In this document: one piece after another, positions 40,273 through 50,163 of the stretch | Layout: each line of letters opens with the position of its first letter | Position numbering within the stretch: the first letter of the stretch is position 1 | Assembly (NCBI GenBank): GCA_963769935.1 | Contig: CAVYNY010000013.1 | Span: forward strand, 224,001-288,000 | DNA length: 64,000 nt | Reading direction: 5' to 3' | Origin: an uncultured delta proteobacterium | GTDB taxonomy: Bacteria; Desulfobacterota; Desulfobacteria; Desulfobacterales; JAFDCJ01 | The notes under the pieces: model-generated | What the model was told of the DNA's origin: nothing | Seen by the model: the letters and a program-made list of their open reading frames with translations, nothing else | The model's database searches: none | Program-made: the position numbers and the translations under genes

Positions 40273-42885
40273 ATGACAAAATCGATTCGCCGCAAATTTA
40301 TTATTCTGGCCGTTTTGACGTTGTTCGCGATCTTGGTCTCATTGCCTTCGTTTATGAAAAACCTGCCGGCCGGACTGCAAAAGATTCTGTCGTCCGATGG
40401 AATGCGGCTGGGCCTGGACCTGCAAGGGGGCATGAACCTTATCTTGAAGGTCAACCTGAACCAGGCCGTGCAAAGCCAGCTGGAACAAACCCTCACGGAT
40501 TTGAAGGCCGCTCTGATGGAAAAGAATATAGCGGCCGGCCCGGTCGAAACGGTCGGGTCAAACCATGTGCGCCTGCAGCTTCCCAATCCCGCGGACATGG
40601 CTTCGCTTCGCGAAATTCTCACCCGGGACTTTCCGAATCTCACACTGCTGTCCTTCTCGCAAAACGCCGGCCAGGCCAATGTGGATTTGGCGCTCAGCGC
40701 CAAGGAAGTCAACTACATCGATGATAATTCCGTGGCCCAGAGCCTTGAGATCATTCGCAACCGCATCGACCAGTTCGGTGTTTCAGAGCCCATGCTGGTC
40801 AAACAGGGCAAAGACGAGATCGTGGTGCAGCTTCCCGGAATCAAGGACCCCGAACGGGCTCTTGAACTTGTCGGTCGGACAGCCCAGCTTCAATTTAAGC
40901 TGGTCGACTCCGGGGCCGATGTCGATCTGTCCGCCTTGATCGATCAAGCGCTCGCCGCCGGCCGCCTGAAGAAAAACTTTTCGCATCATGATCTGAACCT
41001 GGCCCTCAAAGACCAGATTCCCCCCGACGATGAAGTCTATTACGAAAGAAAGGTGGACCGCGACACGGGTCAAGTCACGATGGTGCCGCTGCTTTTGAAA
41101 AAAAGGACCCTGATGACCGGATCCATGCTGAAAACTGCCGTCGTTGAAATCGCAGGCGCTTATAACGAACCCGCGGTTGCGCTGACCCTCAATTCCAGGG
41201 GAGCCCGGATTTTTGACGAAATCACCCAGGAAAATGTCGGCCGCCAGCTGGCAATCATCCTGGACGACATCGTCCAATCCGCCCCGGTCATCCGCGAGCG
41301 CATCTCAGGCGGTAGGGCCCAGATCAGCGGATCGTTTACAACGGAAGAAGCGCACGATCTGGCGATTGTACTGCGCGCCGGGGCCCTGCCGGCGCCGGTG
41401 GATATCGTCCAAAACCTCACGGTGGGTCCGTCCCTGGGGCGGGACTCCATCCACGCCGGGGTTTCCGCGGCGGTCCTGGGCATGATTCTGGTGGTCGTGT
41501 TTATGGTAATTTATTACCGGCTTTCCGGGCTGATTGCCGACCTGGCGCTTATTTTGAATCTGATTCTCATGATGGCCGCCCTTTCCCTGTTTCGGGCCAC
41601 CCTGACGCTGCCGGGGATTGCCGGAATCGTCCTGTCCATCGGGATGGCGGTGGATTCAAATGTGCTGATTTTCGAGCGGATGCGCGAAGAGTTTGCCCTC
41701 AAAAAACCGTTCCGCTCCGCCGTGGAAGGCGGCTATGACAAGGCCCTGTGGACCATCGTCGATTCCCATATAACGACCCTGATTACGGCCTTTGCCCTGT
41801 TCCTATTCGGCACGGGACCCATCAAGGGTTTTGCCGTAACCTTGAGTATCGGTGTGATCTTCAACCTCTTTACGGCGCTGTATGGAACCCGGGCGGTCTA
41901 TGATTACCTCCACTTCAGCCGCCGGATTAAAGCGCTTCACTTTCTGCAGATCATAAAAAATTCCCGGATCGATTTTATCGGGCTCAGGAAAGCGGCCTTC
42001 CTGCTGTCAAGCCTGCTGGTTATTTTGGGTCTTTTGGCCTTCGTGCAGATTCAACGGGGCAAAGCCAATCTGGGGGTGGATTTTGCAGGCGGGACCATGG
42101 TGCAATTCAAAGCGCAAAAGCATTTTGATCTGGCGGAAATCCGCCAAGCTTTGAACCGTCGCAATTTGACGGATTATGAATTGCAAAACGTTCCCGGGCA
42201 AAACATTTTAATCGTGCGCATTAAACAATCGCAGCCGTCCATCGGTGCCGCCGCGGATCAGGTGACCGCCGCCCTCGTCCAGGAATTGCCCGACAAGGGC
42301 TTCGTCGTGCAGAGCAAGGCAGAAATCGGCGCCTCCGTCAGCCAGGATTTAAAACACGCCGCCCTGATCGCCATCGCGATTTCCATGGCCGGAATTATCA
42401 TCTATCTTGGCTGGCGTTTTGATCTGCGATTCGGAATTGCGGCCGCCGTCGCCACTTTCCACGACGTTTTGACCGTGCTGGGTATCTTCTATCTTTTGAA
42501 CAAGGAAATCACCCTGCTGGTGGTTACGGCCCTGCTTACCCTGGCGGGGTATTCCCTGACCGATACCGTGGTTGTTTTCGACCGTATTCGCGAAAACCTC
42601 AAAAAAAAGGGCAAATCGGATCTCGGGCAGGTGATCAATCAAAGCATCAACGAAGTTCTCAGCCGGACCCTGATAACCTCCGGCACCGTGCTGATGGTGT
42701 TGATCGCCCTGCTGTTGACGGGTGGGGTTTTGCTGCGTGATTTTGCACTGGCGCTGACCATCGGGGTCGTGGTGGGAACCTATTCATCGGTCTTTGTGGC
42801 CAGCCCCCTGGTCTACATCTGGCCGGCGCGCAAGCGCCCGGCGGCCGTGGCTGCGGCCAAGCCCCGCAAAAGCACTGCGCGATGA
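40273..42885 (+). CDS. secDF: Fused protein translocase subunit SecDF
   Basis: LGLDLQGG, RIDQFGVSEP, LRAGALPAP, GMAVDSNVLIFER, GVDFAGG, GYSLTDTVVVFDRIRE. Confidence 0.95.
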   Translation: MTKSIRRKFIILAVLTLFAILVSLPSFMKNLPAGLQKILSSDGMRLGLDLQGGMNLILKVNLNQAVQSQLEQTLTDLKAALMEKNIAAGPVETVGSNHVRLQLPNPADMASLREILTRDFPNLTLLSFSQNAGQANVDLALSAKEVNYIDDNSVAQSLEIIRNRIDQFGVSEPMLVKQGKDEIVVQLPGIKDPERALELVGRTAQLQFKLVDSGADVDLSALIDQALAAGRLKKNFSHHDLNLALKDQIPPDDEVYYERKVDRDTGQVTMVPLLLKKRTLMTGSMLKTAVVEIAGAYNEPAVALTLNSRGARIFDEITQENVGRQLAIILDDIVQSAPVIRERISGGRAQISGSFTTEEAHDLAIVLRAGALPAPVDIVQNLTVGPSLGRDSIHAGVSAAVLGMILVVVFMVIYYRLSGLIADLALILNLILMMAALSLFRATLTLPGIAGIVLSIGMAVDSNVLIFERMREEFALKKPFRSAVEGGYDKALWTIVDSHITTLITAFALFLFGTGPIKGFAVTLSIGVIFNLFTALYGTRAVYDYLHFSRRIKALHFLQIIKNSRIDFIGLRKAAFLLSSLLVILGLLAFVQIQRGKANLGVDFAGGTMVQFKAQKHFDLAEIRQALNRRNLTDYELQNVPGQNILIVRIKQSQPSIGAAADQVTAALVQELPDKGFVVQSKAEIGASVSQDLKHAALIAIAISMAGIIIYLGWRFDLRFGIAAAVATFHDVLTVLGIFYLLNKEITLLVVTALLTLAGYSLTDTVVVFDRIRENLKKKGKSDLGQVINQSINEVLSRTLITSGTVLMVLIALLLTGGVLLRDFALALTIGVVVGTYSSVFVASPLVYIWPARKRPAAVAAAKPRKSTAR

Positions 42886-42948
42886 GACAAACGACTTTGA
42901 AATGCATTAATGATTACGGACATATCTTGTTGAATTTCCGAGGCTGCG

Positions 42949-44415
42949 ATGATATCGACTGGTGACAGAGCCCAGCAACTAAGTGACGAGGCGGCCAACC
43001 CGTCGGTCCCTTTGGCAATTGACTTGGACGGCACCTTGATCAAGACCGATTCCCTGATCGAGTCCCTGCTGCTCCTGTTCAAGCGCAATCCCTTATTTGT
43101 TTTCCGCCTTTCGGCCTGGCTGCCGAAGGGCATAGCTCACCTGAAACGCAGGGTGGCGTGTCGGGTGACATTGGATGTGAGCAGTTTGCCCTATCATATG
43201 GGTCTTTTGACTTATCTGCGGGATGCGCACCACGAAAACAGATCGCTGGTTCTGGCCACAGGCGCTGACGAGCACATTGCCCGGCAGATTGCCGATTACC
43301 TGCAGATCTTCGATCGGGTCATGGCCAGCGACGGGCGGACCAACCTGTCCGGCGTCGCCAAAAGGGACCGTCTGGTGGCGGAATTCGGAACTGCAGGATT
43401 TGATTACGTCGGCAACAGTCGAAAAGACCAGGTCATCTGGCAGGCGGCCCGGCGCGCCCTGGTGGTCGGTTCACAGCTAAGCATCGACAAGGCCCGGGCC
43501 CGCTTAACAAATGTGGGCCAGGTATTTGAAGTGGACGCTGCCGGCTGGCGAATGCGTCTGCGGCCGCTGCGTCTTTACCAGTGGCTGAAAAACGTATTGG
43601 TATTTGTGCCGCTGCTGGCCGCCCATCAATTTCATGAGATCGGCCTGCTGGCATCGGCCTGCCTGGCGTTTGTATCCTTCGGACTTTGTGCCTCCAGCGT
43701 CTACATACTCAATGATCTGCTGGATTTGGCGGATGATCGCCGGCATCCGCGCAAGCGGCGACGAGTCTTTGCATCGGGCAGACTGCCGTTGACGGCCGGT
43801 CAGTGGATGATTCCTGTCTTGCTCGGGCTCAGCATCGGGGTAGCGCTGGCCTTGCCCGGCTCGTTTCTGATCGTGCTGGGAATTTATTATGGGCTGACGC
43901 TGGCCTATTCGCTGCGCTTGAAGAAAATCGTGATTCTGGATGCAATCTTGCTGGCGGCGCTGTTCACCGTGCGCATGTTGGCCGGTTCGGCGGCCGTTGC
44001 GATCTGGCCGTCCTCCTGGCTGCTGGCCCTATCCATGTTTCTGTTCATCAGCCTGGCATTGGTCAAACGCTATGCCGAACTGGTGACCATGCGCATCGAG
44101 CACGGTCTAAGCGCCCGGGCGCGCAGCTACGTGGTGAGCGATGCGGAGCTTCTGGCCGCCATGGGCGTTGCCAGCGCGTTCGTGGCGGTGCTGGTGTTGG
44201 TGCTGTATATTACCAGCGGACCGGCTCACCTTCACTACGGCCGCCATCAGGCAATCTGGCTGGCTTGCCCGATGCTGCTTTTTTGGATCTGCTACCTTTG
44301 GCTGGTTGCCCACCGGGGCGGCATGCACGACGATCCGCTGGTCTTTGCCCTCAAGGATCGGGGCAGCCGTTTCGCTCTGGGCGTACTGGCCATCATTATG
44401 ATACTGGCGATATAA
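42949..44415 (+). CDS. HAD-like domain fused to UbiA-family polyprenyl-phosphate phosphoribosyltransferase
   Basis: N-terminal DLDGTL and YVGNS..D; C-terminal QWLKN.LVF, YILNDLLD..DR.HP.KRRR, KRYAE, HDDP. Confidence 0.88.
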   Translation: MISTGDRAQQLSDEAANPSVPLAIDLDGTLIKTDSLIESLLLLFKRNPLFVFRLSAWLPKGIAHLKRRVACRVTLDVSSLPYHMGLLTYLRDAHHENRSLVLATGADEHIARQIADYLQIFDRVMASDGRTNLSGVAKRDRLVAEFGTAGFDYVGNSRKDQVIWQAARRALVVGSQLSIDKARARLTNVGQVFEVDAAGWRMRLRPLRLYQWLKNVLVFVPLLAAHQFHEIGLLASACLAFVSFGLCASSVYILNDLLDLADDRRHPRKRRRVFASGRLPLTAGQWMIPVLLGLSIGVALALPGSFLIVLGIYYGLTLAYSLRLKKIVILDAILLAALFTVRMLAGSAAVAIWPSSWLLALSMFLFISLALVKRYAELVTMRIEHGLSARARSYVVSDAELLAAMGVASAFVAVLVLVLYITSGPAHLHYGRHQAIWLACPMLLFWICYLWLVAHRGGMHDDPLVFALKDRGSRFALGVLAIIMILAI

Positions 44416-44418
44416 TCC

Positions 44419-45732
44419 ATGCACCCGCGCTATCATTCCTGGGGACGTTATCCGCAGTTCGACCAGTCGGCCGTGCGCCTGCGCTGGCGTTCGCTGCCGC
44501 TGCCGATCCCGCCTGACGCGCAGGCGACCTGCCTGCCGTTTGGCAACGGCCGCTCCTACGGCGACAGCTGCCTCAATGCTGGAGGATTTTTGCTGGATGC
44601 CCGCGGCCTGGATCGCTTTATCGCATTTGACCCGCTCGAAGGCATCTTAAGATGTGAAAGCGGCGTGCTGCTGTCTGAGATTCTGGCGCTGACCGTGCCC
44701 CGCGGGTGGTTTCCGCCGGTCGTGCCGGGAACCAAGTTCGTAACCGTCGGCGGGGCCATTGCCAACGACGTCCACGGCAAAAACCATCACAGCGCAGGGA
44801 CATTCGGATGTCACATCCGCAGCCTGGAGTTGCTGCGCTCCGACGGCCGGCGGCTGGTGTGTTCACCGTCTGAAAATGCGGAATGGTTCCGGGCCACGAT
44901 CGGAGGGCTGGGATTGACCGGCCTGATCCTCTGGGCCGAGATCGCCTTGAAACGAATCGACAACGCGACCATGGATGTGGAGACCATTCGATTTGCGCGG
45001 CTGGATGATTTTTTCGACCTGTCCGCGGAGTCCGATCGTCAATACGAATACACGGTGGCCTGGATCGACTGCATGGCTCTGGGCGGCCACCTCGGAAGGG
45101 GTCTTTTCATTCGCGGGAATCACGCCGCCCCGGATGCTGCGCCGGTTGATGCCCCCCGGCGCCGGGTGAGCATACCGGTGAATCTGCCGGTTAATCTGAT
45201 TACCCGCATGACCGCCCGCTTGTTCAACAATCTTCACTACCGGATGCAATTGAGAACCCGCAGCATCGGGTTCGAGCACTACGAGCACTTCTTTTTCCCG
45301 CTGGACGGAATTGGGCATTGGAACCGACTTTACGGCCCACGGGGGTTTTTGCAGTACCAGTGCGTGGTGCCGGTCGTCGAAGGCCGAAGTGCCCTGCGGG
45401 AGATCATCGACCGGGGGGCGCACGGCGGGATCGACTCGTTTTTCGGAGTGCTCAAAATCTTCGGGGACCGTCGATCGCCCGGCCTGCTGTCCTTCCCGAG
45501 GCCCGGGGTAACGGTTGCCCTGGATTTTTATCATCACGGCGAAACGACGCTGCGGCTGCTCGATTCCCTGGACGAAATCGTGCTGTCGGTGGGGGGCGCG
45601 GTGAGTCCATACAAGGACGCACGCATGTCCGGGGACAGCTTTAGGCGCTATTTTCCCCGGTGGCAGGAGTTGGAAAGTTTTCGGGACCCCAAGTTCAGCT
45701 CCAGCCTGTGGAGACGTGTCACGGGAGTGTGA
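44419..45732 (+). CDS. DprE1-like FAD-dependent oxidoreductase
   Basis: GNGRSYGD, VPGTKFVTVGGAIANDVHGKNHH, WNRLYG..GFLQYQ, KDARM. Confidence 0.9.
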   Translation: MHPRYHSWGRYPQFDQSAVRLRWRSLPLPIPPDAQATCLPFGNGRSYGDSCLNAGGFLLDARGLDRFIAFDPLEGILRCESGVLLSEILALTVPRGWFPPVVPGTKFVTVGGAIANDVHGKNHHSAGTFGCHIRSLELLRSDGRRLVCSPSENAEWFRATIGGLGLTGLILWAEIALKRIDNATMDVETIRFARLDDFFDLSAESDRQYEYTVAWIDCMALGGHLGRGLFIRGNHAAPDAAPVDAPRRRVSIPVNLPVNLITRMTARLFNNLHYRMQLRTRSIGFEHYEHFFFPLDGIGHWNRLYGPRGFLQYQCVVPVVEGRSALREIIDRGAHGGIDSFFGVLKIFGDRRSPGLLSFPRPGVTVALDFYHHGETTLRLLDSLDEIVLSVGGAVSPYKDARMSGDSFRRYFPRWQELESFRDPKFSSSLWRRVTGV

Positions 45733-45734
45733 CG

Positions 45735-46472
45735 ATGCGACGGATTCTGATATTTGGAGCGACCTCCGCCCTGGCCGAAGCCACGGCGCGCCTGTTTGCA
45801 GCGGGCGGCAACAGTTTTTTCCTGGTGGCGCGGGATCCGGCTAAACTGGCGGCGGTGGCCGATGACCTGCGTGTGCGCGGGACGGCGCAAGTGGCTGCGG
45901 CTGCAGCCGATGCCCTGGAATTCGATCGGCACCAGGCTCTGGTGGACGAGGCGTTTGAAGCCCTGAACGGATTGGACACGGTTCTGATCGCCCACGGCAC
46001 CCTGCCGGATCAAAAATCCTGCGAGCAGTCTTTTGAAACCGCCCGGCGGGAATTCGAAGTCAACGCCCTGAGTGTAATGTCTGTGCTAACGCATGTAGCG
46101 AATCGATTCGAGCGCCAGGGATTCGGCACCATCTCCGTAATTAGTTCAGCGGCCGGCGATCGCGGCCGGCAGTCCAACTATGTGTACGGAGCGGCCAAGG
46201 GCGCGGTGTCGCTTTTCATGCAGGGACTTCGCAACCGCCTGCATTCGAGCGGCGTTCGCGTGCTGACCATCAAGCCCGGCTTCGTGGATACCCCCATGAC
46301 GGCAGCCTTTGCCAAGGGCATCCTGTGGACCCGCCCGCAACAGGTGGCCCGGGGCATTTACGAAGCCATTGAAAAGAAAAAAGATATCGTCTATCTCCCG
46401 TGGTTCTGGTCACCGATCATGCGGGTTATCCGGGGAGTGCCGGAGGCAATATTCAAACGGATGCGGCTTTGA
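45735..46472 (+). CDS. DprE2-like short-chain dehydrogenase/reductase
   Basis: GATSALA, SS.AGDRGRQSNYVYGAAK, KPGFVDTPMT; follows the DprE1-like gene. Confidence 0.88.
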   Translation: MRRILIFGATSALAEATARLFAAGGNSFFLVARDPAKLAAVADDLRVRGTAQVAAAAADALEFDRHQALVDEAFEALNGLDTVLIAHGTLPDQKSCEQSFETARREFEVNALSVMSVLTHVANRFERQGFGTISVISSAAGDRGRQSNYVYGAAKGAVSLFMQGLRNRLHSSGVRVLTIKPGFVDTPMTAAFAKGILWTRPQQVARGIYEAIEKKKDIVYLPWFWSPIMRVIRGVPEAIFKRMRL

Positions 46473-46532
46473 AAGGTTTCAGGTTTCAGGCCAACCGGTG
46501 GCCAAGAGAACAGCGGTAGAAGTTTGTGCCGG

Positions 46533-46605
46533 GTGGGAGTGGTTTTCAACCACGATTTTCGATGGCAGCCCGACCGCGCTTATCGCGGTTGCAAACCGCT
46601 CCCAC
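46533..46605. repeat. REP doublet (REPIN-like)
   Basis: GTGGGAGTGGTTTTCAACCACGAT and inverted GTGGGAGCGGTTTGCAACCGCGAT, 25-bp spacer, compensatory T-A/C-G change. Confidence 0.8.
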
Positions 46606-46782
46606 AACATCTTGAAACCGTGAGCAGGTAACATAAAATTTTCGTCTTTGATTAAACTGGCCGCTCCGCGTCCAGCGGTCCGCGGAGGCGGAACACCTGC
46701 AACCTTAACCTATTCAAATGAGGTCTCGGTAGACACTCTTCTCTTTAACACAATGAATTTTAAGCGATTTCATATCAACAGT

Positions 46783-48622
46783 ATGGCCTGGCCCACGGGC
46801 AAATGCCGTGCCCCATCCGGCCGGCGCGCCCTGATTTGCACGATGCCGGTGGTTGCGGCCCTCCTGATTTTCGGCGGCGCGGGCCGCAGCTGGTCCGATA
46901 TGCCCGTTGTCGAGAGCCAGGTCAAGCCTACGAGGCGGAACAGCCGAAAACCGTAGTTGAGCTGCAACAGTTTCGAACCACGAATTCGATTCGGGTCGAC
47001 CTGCCGGACGGCACGCAGGCTGGCGTGACGCTGATCAATTTGAATCCGCAAATCAACCGCTGGTATTTGCTGCGGATCAGCCCAAACGGCAGTACTACGC
47101 AGGAGGATTATCACCTGGAAAACCCGTTCCCGGACCACCAGCAGGTTGTGATAGATGAAAAGTCGCCGGACGGCCTGATTCTTACGGAAGATAACGCTGC
47201 GCACCATTGCCCGCTTTGGAAGTCGTTTCCGAGCGGTGCTCTGGATGCCGCCAGACGCTCGCAGCAGGTATACGCGCCGCTGTGTGACGGAAAACTGTAT
47301 CTGCGCAATCCGGCCAAGGGCCACCGCACAGCCATTGAGGCCGTAACCGACTTTCTGCGGGACAAGCTGCCCGGCGGCGAGGCCATCGTCGGATTTGTGC
47401 GGGACACCTTTTTCAAGGATGCGTACCGGGAACAGGCGCGGACGATGTCCGGCTCGGCCCCTAAGGCGGAGACCCCACCTCCGGATTCTCCGTCAGCGGC
47501 CATGATCGATCCGGGCTACACCGACCGGCTGATGGAACCGGTGGACTGGGTATTCAACTGGAAGGAGCGGCCTCAGGCATGCTTGCCGGCCGATGGTATG
47601 CCGTCAAGGACAACCCGGGCATCTTTGTGAGTCTGATTCAACCCCAGGCGGTTGCCCCCGAGATTCTCAGGAGCTATCCCAAGATCGTCAAGCAGCTGGA
47701 CAGTGTTGAAGCCGGTGCGCTGGTATACCTGACGGCCTTTGATCTCGGGCGCTTCGACCTGGGATTTGCGCTCGGCACCGAGCATCCCCGGGTGGATTGG
47801 TCCGAACGCATTTTGCCTCAGATGAAGATTGCGGACCTGCCGGGACCCGACGGCATCGGCACCATTGCACCCCTGGTGGCCAACGGCATGGTCAGTCCGA
47901 TCGAAGCCGCCCGGACGGTGGCCACATTCACCGGCGGGTTCAAACGCATTCACGGCGCCTTCAGATACGGCGAACTGGCCTATCGCAATCACGGTTCCCA
48001 CTACGGGTTCATGGAAAGCGGAGCGGTACTCAGCAAGCTTCAGCCCGGATTGGCGACCCTGCTGGTCCTGGATGACGGCAGTCTGGAGATGAAAACGTGG
48101 ACCGAGCAGGATAACTCTAAACTTGAACGGATCATCCATGCCCGCCAAAACGGTGTGCCGATCATTGAATTCGATCCGGTTTCCCAGAAACCGGTCCCGG
48201 GTCGCCTGGTCGGCCAGTGGCTGGCGGGCAACTGGGCCGGATCCGACGACAAGAAACTGCGCACGCTGCGCGCCGGAGCTGCAGTGCAGCAAACCGGCGG
48301 CAGACGATTTTTAATCTACGGTTATTTTTCCACGGCCACGCCGTCGGCGATGGCCCGGGTTTTTCAGGCCTACGGCTGTCGCTACGCCATGCACCTGGAC
48401 ATGAATGCCCTGGAACACACCTACCTGGCGCTCTACCGCCGGGAGGGCGACCATATGGCGGTCGAGCATCTGATTCAGGGCATGAGCGTGTTGGACAAGT
48501 CCGACAAAGGGCAATACGTTCCGCGATTTATCGGATACCCGGACAACCGGGATTTTTTCTACGTAATGCGGCGCGAGGGGCAAGGCGTAATTTCCAAATT
48601 CCAAGCACCAAATAACAAATAA
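46783..48622 (+). pseudogene. Exported protein with C-terminal phosphodiester-glycosidase (NAGPA)-like domain, split by two 1-bp frameshifts (real or sequencing error)
   Basis: ORFs 46648-46956, 46803-47630 and 47579-48622 join if one base is added near 46926 and near 47546; FTGGFK..HG, RQNG, TLRAG, AMHLDMN motifs; start uncertain. Confidence 0.7.
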
Positions 48623-48829
48623 ATTCCAAATCACAATAATCAATGACCGATAACGGCCGAGCCTTTAAAAGTCAGGCTGTTTTAACTAGTCGTGTTTTAG
48701 AAATTTATTGGTTTGGTCCTAAAAGGATCTCGTATTTATCTGAAGGGATGGCCCAAACAGATGCAGTCCGGTTTGAAATTTGGAATTTTGGTAATTGTGA
48801 TTTGTTTGATATTTGATATTTGGAATTTG
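48589..48829. repeat. Inverted 7-bp-period arms (CAAATHM-type / ATTTGRW-type) around a spacer of about 115 bp
   Basis: CAAATTCCAAGCACCAAATAACAAATAAATTCCAAATCACAAT ... ATTGTGATTTGTTTGATATTTGATATTTGGAATTTG. Confidence 0.8.
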
Positions 48830-48851
48830 TAGTTTTGAGAGTGGAGGCGAT

Positions 48852-49862
48852 ATGAATCGATTCTGGTGCATTTCGATCATTGTTGTCATAGTGTTTTGCT
48901 GCTATGCCGGGACCGGCGCGGAATCGCTGAAGGAACAAAATGAAGCCCTGCTCGCCGAACTGCAGCGCATCCATGGGCTGTCCGACTCGCAAATTACCGG
49001 TGTGCGTGCGATATTTGCCGCATCGCCTTACATCGGGCAGGGCAACCCCGCGGTCACGCAGCATCCGGCCACCCGCCGGGAATGCAAGGCCAAACTTCAG
49101 CAGTTGTCGATTAACTACGAAAATCCGCGATTCGAGCGGATATGCGGGGCTAAATACATGGCGCCGCTCTACGACCCCACGCAGGCAGCAGCCGAGGACG
49201 CCAAGGTCTGCATCGATCAGTTCGAATTTCCGGATATCCCTTGCGAATACCCGGTGGTGTGGGTGCGGGCCCGGGAAGCGGCGGAAATCTGCACCGCGAT
49301 GGGCAAGCGAATCTGCGATGCCCATGAATGGGAAGGCGCCTGTGCCGGACGATTAATGCCCCCGGACTACCGCTTTGATCTGGCGCGGGGCGTCAGCCCG
49401 GAGGAAGCCATCCACCGCATGCGAATTGCCCACAACAATGCCCACAGCGGCGATAAAACCTGGAGCTATGGCCCGGAATATCGCAAGGGCGTTTGCGCGG
49501 CCGGCAGCTTCAAGACCGCGGGCTGCACCGGCGGCAGCTGGACCCAGTGCGGGTCCAACACCTATCCGGACGGCTTTTTTCCGGAGTGCCGCAGCCCCCT
49601 GGATGTCTACGACATCAACGGCAACGCGGCCGAGCACATGAACCTGCCTCTCAATGAGGGCCAGATGGCCAGCCGCGGCAGCACGGAGCTGGGCTATACG
49701 GAGATGAAAGGCAGCTGGTTTATTTTCGATACATACCGGGCCCATGAAGACTGGTGCCGCTGGCGCGCACCGTTCTGGCACGGCAGCCGGGTGATGTCAC
49801 CCGACAGCCACCGCAATTACCACTTGGGGTTTCGGTGCTGCAAGACGCTGAAGCAGGATTAA
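48852..49862 (+). CDS. Exported Cys-rich FGE-sulfatase/SUMF1-like (C-type-lectin-fold) protein
   Basis: GGAGG RBS, signal peptide, CIDQFEFP, GKRIC..HEWE.AC, VYDINGNAAE, KGSW, LGFRCC. Confidence 0.85.
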   Translation: MNRFWCISIIVVIVFCCYAGTGAESLKEQNEALLAELQRIHGLSDSQITGVRAIFAASPYIGQGNPAVTQHPATRRECKAKLQQLSINYENPRFERICGAKYMAPLYDPTQAAAEDAKVCIDQFEFPDIPCEYPVVWVRAREAAEICTAMGKRICDAHEWEGACAGRLMPPDYRFDLARGVSPEEAIHRMRIAHNNAHSGDKTWSYGPEYRKGVCAAGSFKTAGCTGGSWTQCGSNTYPDGFFPECRSPLDVYDINGNAAEHMNLPLNEGQMASRGSTELGYTEMKGSWFIFDTYRAHEDWCRWRAPFWHGSRVMSPDSHRNYHLGFRCCKTLKQD

Positions 49863-49890
49863 GCCCAACGTCTCGGGAATTCTTCAACCT

Positions 49891-50152
49891 AACGAAATCA
49901 TATCGGTGTTCAGCCCAGCCGCCGGCCTGAGAGGCGGCCAGTTTGATCGATAAAAGAAACTTTTGGGAACTCGGACACAGTTGGATTTAATATCACGCCC
50001 ACTTTCAGGCTTCGCTCTTCGAGCTACGACCCGACAAGCCGTTAGAGCTCACGAAGACCGCAAAGAACAATTTTCTTTCGCCGCAGGCGCCTGTAAACCC
50101 CGACCACTGCGATCTCTGAGCGCTCTGAGTGAGATGTAGTTATGGTTTCATA
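49891..50152. repeat. Nested non-coding repeat elements between convergent genes
   Basis: GCGGCCAGTTTGATC (inverse of 46650-46664); CTTCGCTCTTCGAGCTACGACCCGACAAG (resembles 21750 and reverse complement of 17860). Confidence 0.55.
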
Positions 50153-50163
50153 TAAGGCGGAAA

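Noticed and set aside
48852..50160. Diversity-generating retroelement targeting the FGE/C-lectin gene
   Set aside because: No reverse transcriptase, and I found no template-repeat copy of the gene 3' end in the window
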